Positions 37,534 through 48,691 of a stretch of DNA of 64,000 nt are shown piece after piece. A program made the position numbers and the translations under genes. Origin of the DNA: Penicillus capitatus (taxonomy: Eukaryota; Plantae; Chlorophyta); assembly GCA_965649825.1 (NCBI GenBank), contig OZ287704.1, positions 1 to 64,000 on the forward strand, read 5' to 3'. Each line of letters begins with the position of its first letter. Position 1 is the stretch's first letter. Below the pieces are notes generated by a model. The model saw only the letters and a program-made list of their open reading frames with translations. It was not told the DNA's origin and did not search any database.

Positions 37534-40500
37534 CTAAACTGCGGATTCCATTTCTACTGTTCCCGAAGTCGTACGTCCTTGATCGCTCTTTCCTCCCATG
37601 AGCACATCTACCTGTATTTTAACGAGATGACATAGTTTGGCGAAGAGATTTGCGGCTCCCAGTTCGTTGCCTTGAACCGTAACAAAATTTGGATCGATCA
37701 TTTCGAGCTTCAGATCGACGAGGACATTCAATCCGCAGTACAGACGATACAACATGTAAGAAATAAAAACAATGCTGACAGCAAAAGCAAAAATAATCAT
37801 GACCAGTGCTCCGAGATCTGTGGCGTTCGGATTATTGAGTATAAGAGCAGAGTAGAAAATAACGATAGAGCAGAAGAGCGAACCGCTTTCGAGCGCGTTC
37901 AGCGTAATTTTGTTGTTGAGCAGGGTCCACTGTTCAGCTAGCTTGTGTATATGCAGGCAACGGAAGAGCGATCCTGCATAGTGTGGGACATAGTAATGGC
38001 CTTCTGGCCTCTTGAATGGTAGGGCCATTGTATGAAAGCCTTGAAAAATAATAAGCACGCCCACACACATGGAAGCTTGGAGATCTAAATCAAGATGGAC
38101 GGAATATACAACCACCGCCGCAATGCACGCTTTACGGATCAGAATCATTGCCTCCCACGGACTCCGATACCACTCATCGCGATACGCTTGATAGATGAAT
38201 CCGTAGCGTGAAACGAAGACGGGGCGTGTCTTGGACCCTTGGTGAAAAGGCATCCATAAGACAATGAATGTAATGATGCCGAGGGCCATGACGAGACCGG
38301 CAATGCCAGCCATGGCTGTGGGGAGATGGGTATCGTCGAAGCAAATGAGGTTGGTATCTTCCGCCCAGACATTATCCCCGCGGCGAATGGCACATGAACG
38401 GTAAGGATGGTTTTCGTCTTCCTCTTTCCCCGTCTGATTCTTGATTTTATCCACTTCGACGCAGTTGATAGCTCTGAGCAGTTCTCGAACCGTGTCGATG
38501 AATGAGAAGGAGACGGTGACCAAAGCAATGACGACGATACTCGTCACGAGATGCTGAGATGTCGAGGCGTTCTGTCTGTTCTGTGCAGTGCTCGTTGTCA
38601 AATGCCGTGTGAGCCAGAAGACGGTGTAGACCACGACGAGAGCGATCGCCACAATGACTGGCGTGAACAGACGCATCCAGATGGCGATGACGGAAGGCGG
38701 CCATGGATATTCATCATCGAAATTGCACTCGAAGGGAGCAGTAAACGCTTCACTCGTAACGCCAACGAAGAGACCTATGGTATCACCGTACCTGATGATC
38801 ATCTAACCGTCGATTGTTGGGAGAGGCACCTTGGACGGAGAGGAGATTAGAAAGGGCAGATCTCCAATCTACTGGCAGTCTGAGAGCGATGCTCGTGATC
38901 TGAAGGTAGTTGATCAGGATCTTGAGCGTCTCCGTCAACTGCACAGCGGCATCTAGGTTCTGTTTCAGAAGGGCGTTGTACTCGACTTCGGATCGGTCTG
39001 TCACGCCTGTCGTCCCACTGACTACAGGCACAGTGCATATATGAGTGATGCATCCTGCCGATAGAGATCATTGCGATCACACCTGTTCTGCCTTGTAACG
39101 CATGCATCTCACGAACCATGTTCTCCGTCACTGGCGGACTGCGCTTGAACGCCGGGCGATGCTGGACGGCATCCTTCCGTGCTTCGAGACGCGCCAGTTC
39201 AATTCGCATTCTGGTGGACAGCAGTGTGACAACACAATTGATGCCGATCACCACAAATGTCCACAGAACGGAAAGAACAGTAAAAAGACGTGTATACTTT
39301 ACTGTCGACGGACATGATTTGCACTCCCCGCTGAAAGAGCGACCAAAGTGTTGCAAACAGGATCCACAAAGAGGCCCATCGTATCCCTCGACGCACTGCG
39401 GATAGTCTGAGAAGTTCATCGGCATTCGCGTGTCTGGATGGGTCTCCGCCAGCATCGACTGAATCTCATCCCACTTAGCTTTGAGTCTCGTGCTGTTGGC
39501 TGAGTACTGTATCAGTCGCTGCGTCCTCTCTGTGTATTTGCATGCTGTTGAACGGACACATCGGTTCATAATGGGAGAGAAAGGGGTCGAGTGCCAGTAG
39601 CCATCGGCAGGCACGAGTGTGGCATTGCCATAGCACTCTGCATGTTCCTCGCAGGGCAGGCAATGTCCGTGGATGTTAAAACTGTACGTTCCTCTGTCGC
39701 ATGGATCGCATTCATCCCCTCTCTTATTCACCTCTCCCGGCAAGCAATCTCTGACAGAGAACTGAACCGTCACATTAACGGATTTGTTGTTTTCGCTCTT
39801 GACGACGAGTGTGGTGCTGCTCATGTTGACGCCGGTGACTTTGGTATCGTTGATGACGATGATACCCTCCTGAGCTGTGTATCTCAATCGCCCTGTCACC
39901 TGTTCGCTCTCCAACGAGACGCTGAGATCTGCCAAGCACTCGTCTCAGGGAGGCAGATGTTAGGCAGGAGAACACGGACCTGCATCTGGTATACCTCCGC
40001 GAATGGTTTGCCCAAAGGCATCTTTGACAGCGACTTTCAGAGGATACCGTTTGATCTGCGTCGAATTGCCATCTGTCCAACGGTACTCGAGCTTATCTCT
40101 GCTGGCGAAGTTTTCTAAGGAACCACGTTGATGTTGGATGACCAGCGATTCGGCTTGGGTTCCGGCATCTGCTCCATCCCTGCCGCTCTGATCCTAATGA
40201 CAAGCTGTCAGGGCACGCCGCCAACGACATCCATCTGTACTTTAAGGGCATTTTGGCCGATGTCGAGACACAGCAGGTCTTTGTATTGATCGAGTTTGAT
40301 CGTGTTGTTCAGCTGTTTCCGAAAAATCTCTCTGAATGTCGCGTTCTTTCCCGGACGGTCCAGATCACATGTCAAAAGGATTCTCTCTGGATGTGCCGTA
40401 AACACACCGCCGGCAAATTTGGCTTTGTTCTCGGCAATGGTCACATTGCTGAGGACAAATCTCCGACAGAACTCAAATCCAATGACCGCTTGTTGACATC

Positions 40501-43343
40501 TGGAATCCGCAGTGCCATTCCAATCTACCTTGGAAAACTGAACATAGATGCCTCCTGTCACAGCCAGAAGAGATCACACATAGATACCGAGCCCTGCACA
40601 AGATCGAACCTCCGACATCTGCTTCGTTGCCATCAATCACGACATTCTGCATGACAATGTCTGAGATGGTAAAGATATGGATATCAAAGAGATTGAGACA
40701 GATGCCGCCTCCCTGGCCATTCTCCAGCACTGTCAGCTGCCGGGCGATCCACGCTTCATCTACGGTGCTCAGAGAAGAGAAGTTTTTCGGCCATCCCGTT
40801 AACCGTAATGTGTAATCTTCCCCTTTGCGTACTAAGGCGGCGATATCACTCTTGTCATAGTGTCGCACTTGGTTCCCCACAAAGCGGGTATCATTTATCA
40901 AGATGTCCAGTGTGATGTAGTGTCCGGGTTCGAGATACATTCCACCTCCGTTCACTGCCGAATTATTTCGAATGATTGTTGGGCGTCCTCTGTGTGATGT
41001 CATTGTCAAATTGGCAGTCGCATAGATATCAATCCCACCACCCACAATAGCACAGTTCTTCTCGATGACGACACCGCGAAGCACCACAGGATGCTTGGCA
41101 TCGTCCACTCGAATCCCTCCACCACTGCGTATGGCTTTGTTGTCTCGAACGACCAGAGCACTCAGATTTGACCCTCCTACGAAGACAGATGCAAAACAGC
41201 TGCTTTGAGAGTAAGAGGGAAGGAATCTTACTGTCGAGCTCGTAGAGAAGGATGCCGCCTCCGTACAGGGCAGTGTTGTTTGAGATGACGGAGATCTTGG
41301 ATAAATCTGCCGAATCTTCTTGGACACTCAGTGAGCTTCCATGCCATATCATCAGACCACCTCCTCCTCTCGCTATGCCTTCGCTAATGTTGGTCGCGAT
41401 CAGCACGATATGGGCATGCCGTGCCAGAATACTCCCTCCAGCAATCATGACAGAGTTTCTCTTGAATATACAGTCTGTGATATTTCTGTCTACCATCGGC
41501 GCTCCGCTAATGTACAGGCCTCCTCCCGAAACGGCCGCATTGTTCAGGAACTGCGATCGCTGGATCGTCCATTGCAATGGTACATCATCGTCAACCACAT
41601 GTGAAATGGCCCCTCCTGTGCCGACAAACGATTCGAGGATATCCACCGTGATGTGCTCTCCACAGCAACTTTGAATGGAGTTGTCGCTGAACACAGAATC
41701 GGACACATTAAACACCGCAGCATTCTCCCAGCCTTCCTCTCGCTGGCCATTCCACACACTCACAGCAGCCCCTCCTCCTGGTGCACGATTGAGATGGAAC
41801 GTGCATTTACTAAGGGTCATCCTCTCAGGGTTTAATGCACAAATGGCGCCGCCTAGACTGTCTTTCTTTTGAGGGACGGTACTCGGACTTGGATAAAGCA
41901 ATGTTAAGTTGAGATCCTTCACGTCCCAGGTGACGTTATTTTCGGTAAATATTGAGTTTCTGATGTCGAGTTCCGTTCTTGGCCTTTTCACGAAGATGGC
42001 ACCTCCACTAACGATTGCTGTGTTTCGCAGAAATGTGGAGTTGTGTATTATCAGATAATAATCTTCGCCATAGATAGCTCCTCCTTGATAAGCCAGGTTC
42101 CTTTCGAATACGCTTGAGACGATCTGCAGTCTGGGTCTGAACACAGAATCGGACACATTAAATACCGCAGCCTTATCCCCGCCTTCCTCTCGTTGGCCAT
42201 TCAACACACTCACAGCAGCCCCTCCTCCTGGTGCACGATTGAGATGGAACGTGCATTTACTAAGGGTCATCCTCTCAGGGTTTAATGCACAAATGGCGCC
42301 GCCTAGACTGTCTTTCCTTTGAGGGACGGTACTCGGACTTGGATAAAGCAATGTTAAGTTGAGATCTTTCACGTCCCAGGTGACGTTATTTTCGGTGAAT
42401 ATCGACTTTCTGATGACGAGTTTCGTTTTTGGCTTTTTCACGAAGATGGCACCTCCACTAACGATTGCTGTGTTTCGCAGAAATGTGGAGTTGCGTATTC
42501 TTAGATGATAATCATCGGCATAGATAGCTCCTCCTTGATAAGCCACGTTCCTTTCGAATACGCTTGAGACGATCTGCACTCTGGGTCTGAAGCATGGTTC
42601 TCTTATGCACCCCAGCATTCTTATTGCCGAGCCATTCATAAAATACTCTTTTCTGCCGTTTCTAAGAAACTGGATGCGCCTGAGGGTAACGGAACGATGT
42701 CCCTGCTGTCCCTCGTTGCGGGATCCCTCGATCACGATGGCGGATGCGCCAATGCACTTCGTAAAATGCAAATCCGACAATTCTATTCCATGACCCCTAA
42801 ACAGCAAAACGGTTCATCTTGCATGGACGCGCACGCGTCTTTCGTCTTTACCCACCTCAAAAGAAAAGCACTTTGCGCGGGTGGACAATAAATCTTCGTC
42901 TCGAACTCGGGATTTCCTCTCAAGATAAGACGCCGGGAGTCAACAACGACTGTCTCTGTAAGTTGTAGCCGCGTCGCATTGAGGAACACGACGATAGGGC
43001 TCTCTGAAACGACGGACAAATTGCCATGAAGCTCAGCTTCGGAAGAAACAGTCACGTAGTCCTCCTGAATGCCGTAACCTGAAATCGACGTCAACTTCGT
43101 CCTCCCTACATGTCCGTTATACACGTCAAACTGCCAGAAGGATGCAAGACGCGTTTCGGAGATTGGAGGAGGGAGACGCGACAGCAACGTCTGGCGTCAA
43201 GTCAAGCGACAGAACAACTCCCAAAAGAGGGAGTCCGCTGCTGTACAGGTTACGTATCGCGTAGGAGGATTACTTAATGGCGCGGCACATCCAATTCGTG
43301 CTGCGCAGAGGCAGAAGGCGAAGAGATAACACAGGATGGGCAT
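37534..43343 (-). CDS. Pmp-repeat / Cys-rich / multi-TM surface protein, paralog 4 (full length, with internal 150-aa duplication)
   Basis: Signal-like MPILCYLFAFCLCAARIGCAAP, GGAI repeats in 41029-42807, CLPGE...GYWHSTPFSP...CVEGYDGPLCGSC in 38847-39935, TETLKILINYLQITSIALRLPVDW and the TM domain in 37534-38802. Confidence 0.88.
41689..42591. repeat. tandem direct duplication, 2 x 450 bp, in frame (150 aa), inside paralog 4
   Basis: ACACAGAATCGGACACATTAAA at 41691 and 42141; CTGGGTCTGA at 42131 and 42581. A by-eye alignment gives 23 mismatches in 450 bp. Confidence 0.97.
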
Positions 43344-44221
43344 TTCAGCAGGGACAACGTGACGAGGGAGAGCAACGAAAGCTTTATTAACGGGAAGACA
43401 CGAGAAAAGTGAACGCATGGCTGGTGTTTGCCGACGTGACTGTCAGTAATCGTCAACAAGAAAAACAAAGCGTGCAGCAGTAAACACAACACGTGTGCGG
43501 ATCACAAGTATGTTTTACATACATTCTAATTGATCCGGCCATTTTGAGCCGCACGGTCACCACGACGCTTCCCCTAAAGTTAGTCATACGGTTCACTGGG
43601 ATGCCTGTCGGTTCATGTGTATTTCACGGACGCAGTACGCGCGATATCAGATCGACGTCCCCAAGAAAAAGAAGCCGCCTGCGGGGCAGAAACGATGTGG
43701 ACATGCCGCAGATGAAGTGATCGTGGCGTTGACGGTTTCATGACGGATTCGCGCGTCCGCGGCTCGGAGTGTTTTTCAGAAACTTTTCTCTAAGACATCC
43801 ATTCTGGAAGAAGTGTTGTGACAGGCATCTGGACATCTCACCGTTCGTGGCATGGCACCTGCTCCACCCTGGTAACGGAGATACGCCAATATCCTGATCG
43901 TTTCGACGATGTGACGACGGATGTTGACATAAAAGACGTTACCGTCAAGAAGACCAATCCAATCACATGACTGTCAATCATAACCATCGGCCGTCTGACG
44001 TCTGCAAAGCGCGCGATATCTATCTGGACAGGCATCTGTCGATGTCACATCAGATCTCCACGTGCCGTTGCTAGGGAAAGATGCTTTGCTCCGATTTCTT
44101 AGCAGACAACGGCATTTCGCTATCTATCGCCGCCAAGATGCCGAATCGAAAACGTCACGTCTATCGGTCCGTCACATCAGCTATCGTCGTCATTCGATTA
44201 CGGACGTGAGGAATCTCGGCG

Positions 44222-47200
44222 ATGGACTCCGGTCTCGAGAGTCTTCTGGCGGGATGCTTGTCCAAAGTCAAAGTCCCACAGCACTATGACCGCGTGTTTA
44301 AAGACGAATGCATGTTTTCGTTCGATACTCCGCTCTCCGAGGGCGGTCTCTACTTGAACCTCAACACACATCAGTCCTTTGGCAAGGAGTACGTAGACAT
44401 GGTCCATCAATCCCGGACGGAATTTCCACTCTATCTGCATATTAAATGGACACGGGTATTGGGCCACTTGTCTGTCTGCAGTGGGATATGGCATGATGTG
44501 ACAGGTGCCTCTATCTGAAGAGGAACTGGAGAAGCTGGAAAGCAAACCAGAGAAGATGGCCATTGGTATGGAGGGAGGTTTTCAGGTGGACAAAGAGAAA
44601 TTCAAAATTGAAAAGTCCTATGCGTTGGTGTTCTTCCCTGACGAGCAAACCTTTCCGCTGCCCAATCCAGACCTCCCCCTTCAACTTCAACTCGCCATTA
44701 CTAAAATTCAAGTCCCCTCCCGGCACCAAACTGCCGAAAAGAGTGATCCGTTCTGAAATGGTGTAGGAGCATCAAAGTGTCACATCACAACAAGAGACGG
44801 CCGCCTGGGAGGATGAGAAGATCGTGAGTCGATACGCCCCTGATCTCGAACAGCTCCATAAGGACGTGACGATCTCGATGGATCCATCTCAGTGGGTCTG
44901 TGAGGAGAGCGGCATGAGAGAGAATCTCTGGCTCAATCTGTCAACGGGTCACATCGGATCGGGTCGTCCAGTGAGAGCCCAGACGCCTCACACTTGCTTC
45001 TCTCATTAAGCTCTTTGTTGGGCAGAACTGGGCCGGAACAGGCGGGACAGGTGCTGCCCTTAAGCATTACGAAGCAACTGGCCGGCTTTATCCCTTGGCC
45101 GTCAAACTGGGTACCATTACTCCTGCTGGAGCAGATGTCTACTCCTATGCAGCAGATGAAGACTGTATGGTCATCGATCCATACCTGGAGAAACATCTCT
45201 TGCATTGGGGCATCGATATGAAGCAAATGGAAAAGACAGCCAAGACATTAACCGAGATGGAGGTGGAATTGAACATGGCCTACGAATTCAACAAGATCAC
45301 GGAGGCACTGACGGAACTCGTTCCTGTGTATGGACCGTGCTATATCGGACTTAAGAACCTTGGCAACAGCTGCTACATGAATGCCGTTCTCCAAGTGCTG
45401 TTTTGCCTCCTTGGAGGCGCCCTTGAAGGAAAGCGCCCTTTTTATAGGTTCTGTGGATGATTCCTGCCGTGCGCCAGCGTTACTTGCAGAACCATGAACT
45501 CATTTTCATGTCTGCTGGAAACGACCCCAGTGAAGACTTCTTTGTCCAGATGGCCAAACTCGGAGCCGCAATGATCGATGGCCGAACGGGACACAACGCC
45601 TCAGGCATGGATGGACACGTCCTTATGGGTGACGTGCTTTGATGGACGTCTCGTTCGTAGAAATGGATGACAGAATGGATCCCGATGCATGGAGTGTCCG
45701 TCCCTGGTCATTCAGATCCCTTGTGGGTCGTGGGCATCCCGAGTTCGCCTCTTCTCATCAACAAGACTCACACCACTACTTTACACATCTCCTGGATGTC
45801 ATGGACACGGCAGAGAAGGCCAATCGCTGTCGTCTGTCCGAAGCAGAAGAGGTCGATCTATCCTAACGCTTTTTTGGTTGGTGATGAGATGGGTATGAAT
45901 GCCGCAGGACTACCGTCTGACTTCTGCCATGTTCTCTTTTCAGACAGAGGAGCGTTTATACTGTCCGGAGTCAGAAGTAGTGGGTTACAAAACGGGACAG
46001 AGTTTGGTATTGGAGCTCGATATTCCGTTGGAAATGGCGATGAACAAATCAGAGGTGGACAATTTCAAAGACAGGGAGATGAAACGACAGAAGCTGCAGG
46101 AATCGGGCGCCGATGCCGAGATCTTGATCGAGCAGATGGAGAACGGCGAACAGAAAATTGTGGAACTCACCATCGACGATGCCACAGAGAAAGTCCTCCC
46201 CGAGGCACTCTCAACAACATCGACGACATCTCCACCTCACAGCCGCGCCTGACCGTCTAGGTTCCTTTCAGCGCATGCCTGGCACAGTACACGGCGGATG
46301 TGGTGGTTGAAGACTACTACAGTCGAGGACTCCAACGCAAGACGCAAGCCGTCAAGAACACAAAGATCAAGACATTCCCTCCTTTCCTTATGATCCAACT
46401 CAAAAGGTGATGTCCCATCGAGCGGCACGTGTGAGAGATGCATCGGTCGGTTTAGGTATTATGTGGACGAGAGATGGCAGCCGAAGAAGATGGAAGTTCT
46501 GGTGGAGCCTCCAGAAGAGCTCCATCTGGAAGGACTCCGAGCAATGGGGCCTCAACCGAACGAAAACGTCCAGCAAGAGTCGGATGACGAGGAAGAAGGC
46601 ATCAAAGCCGATTCAAACCTCGTTTCGGAGCTCGTGACGATGGGATTCAGTGAGAATGGCTGCAAACGGGCTGCCATTGCTGTGAAGAACGCCTCCCTCG
46701 AAGCTGCTATGGACTGGGTGTTGACACACATGGATGACGCCGATTTCAATGCACCGATCGAAAGTGAAACCTCTTCCGCACGAGATGCCTTCTCATCTTT
46801 TCCATCCAGCGAAGCAAAAGAACGCGGAGCCGGATAAGGAAGCCGTCGACTTGCTGCAGAAGATGGGATTCTCGTGGGAGGCGGCTACGGCGGCTCTAAT
46901 CGAGAACGCAGGCAACACAGAGGCTGCTGTAGACTGGCTGGTGAGCAAAGGCTCAGAGCTGGAATCGGTTGTGCCAGTCATTCTGGCCGATCGAGAGGCA
47001 AAGGCCGAGCCGCCGGCCTTCCTCGATGGCGAAGGGCATTACACGCTGGTCGGATTCATCAGTCATATGGGTGCCAGTACGGCTTGCGGGCATTACGTCT
47101 GTCACATCAAGAAGAAAGACAGATGGATTCTCTTCAACGACGAGAAGGTGGCGATCTCGGAGGCGCCGCCACGCGATTTGGGCTACATGTATCTTTACAG

Positions 47201-47231
47201 ACGCCTAGATGTCCAGGGGGTCGAAGAATGA
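44222..47231 (+). CDS. UBP14: ubiquitin carboxyl-terminal hydrolase 14 / isopeptidase T (USP5/13 family)
   Basis: YDRVFKDECMFSFDTP, ENLWLNLSTGHIGSGR (ZnF-UBP), AVKLGTITP, Cys box GLKNLGNSCYMNAVLQ, two UBA-like segments (MGFSENGCKRA; MGFSWEAATAAL) and His box FISHMGASTACGHYVCHIKK. Confidence 0.97.
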
Positions 47232-47259
47232 GATGATGGATGCTCGCATTTAACGTAAT

Positions 47260-48642
47260 ATGTCGTCGGTTAAGATCCGGACCGTCACGTATTTTTCCTC
47301 CCTTCCGCACGAGGACGCGCTGTCTAAAGCGTCGCAGTTCTTGTCGACTGCACGCGAGCGATATACCGATGCAGGTTACACGGTTCAATCGGGACGCATT
47401 GCGACAGACGTCGTCTCCTCGCATACGGCTCGATGGACAGATCTCGATCGAGAACTCAAAGATCGCGATCTAATACTTAACGCCGCGCCGATCTCCGATC
47501 GCTCGACGATCGAGGCGCTTCCGGATCTCCTCGCTGCAACAGAAAACATCTTCTGCCATGTGGCCCTCGAAGAAGACGCTTCACCCGCTCTGCTTCAGAC
47601 CATTGCCTCGACCATTCTGCAGGTTGCTGAAAAAGCAGGTACTGTTTTCGGAAGACTGGATGGCGGATGGCTTGCCTTGATCAGGGGTGCATGGAAATTT
47701 TCGTCTGGGTGTGGGTTGTCAATGTCCGCCCTACATTCCTTACTTTCCATGTTCCTTTGCGGAAGAAGGACAGCCACCATCCTTCGCCATCGGCCTCGAG
47801 AGCTCCGGAATTTTGCAAGAGATTTCAGTGCGCTGTGATCGGGTGGCGATTGGAAATGAGCAATGGATAATACGATAGGTCGAAAGGGGTGAACGGGGAC
47901 AACTCACAGACAGCCTCAGAGACGCCCTCCTGCCCATTCTGCGTCGCCTCGAAGTCATCAGCAAAGACATTGCTGCCGAGACTGGCATACACTACCGACA
48001 TGTCGACAGCAGCATCTGTCCTCGACTAGAGACGCCGCCGATGACGGAGATCTGGCAGCGAATGGGAATCGATCCCTTTGGAGCACCCGGTTCCTTGTCT
48101 CCATAACAGACCTCTCTATAACAGAGGTATCTATCCGTAGGGACGCTGAGTGTCTGTTCGGCAATAACAAAGGCACTTCAATCGCTGCACGTACGAAAAG
48201 GAGGGTTCTCTGGACTGATGTTGCCAGTCTGCGAAGATGCTGGCCTCGTTGCAGCTGCTAAACAGGTCATCTCCTTTTGTGAGGACCCTTGTTGCGGAGA
48301 TCCATTGTCTGCTGGCAGAAGTCTTTTGGAATTCGGGATCTGTTGCTCTACTCTACCGTCTGTGCCTGTGGTCTGGATTGTGTTCCTGTTCCGGGTTACG
48401 GTGATGATGCTCAAGAGAACGTAACCCTCGAGAGGCGCATGGCATCATATTTAGCAGATCTCTGTTCCCTTGCCACCAGGTTTCTCACACATCTCACACA
48501 ATCTGTCCTCTCACTATCGTATTCTGCTAGATTGAAGAAGCCACTCAGTTGTCGATTTCTGCCGGCCCATGGGAGAAAACCAGGCGAGAAGACAACGTTT
48601 AATTTTCCGTATCTGCTTGACGGCAGCGTCATGGAACTATAA
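47260..48642 (+). CDS. DUF711 (UPF0210) family protein, multi-exon
   Basis: MSSVKIRTVTYF, SFAIGLESSG, PFGAPG|TLSVCSAITKAL, GFSGLMLPVCEDAGL, LLLYSTVCACGLDCVPVPG and LKKPLSCRFLP. Confidence 0.85.
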
Positions 48643-48691
48643 GACAAGCACTCGAACGCACAGTCTTTTTCAAAAGAGGTTCTCAGTCTGT

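Larger units (their letters stand above)
1642..48530. repeat. dispersed short intronic motif family, core AAAAGAGTGAGA(TAG) and TGTGTGAGA (reverse complement TCTCACTCTTTT / TCTCACACA)
   Basis: Examples at 1667-1687, 12393-12424, 13073-13084, 18175-18200, 18403-18420, 21095-21104, 21854-21863, 22394-22430, 24749-24763, 25591-25623, 25801-25834, 28235-28246, 30222-30231, 31356-31375, 44737-44746 and 48482-48515. Confidence 0.8.
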
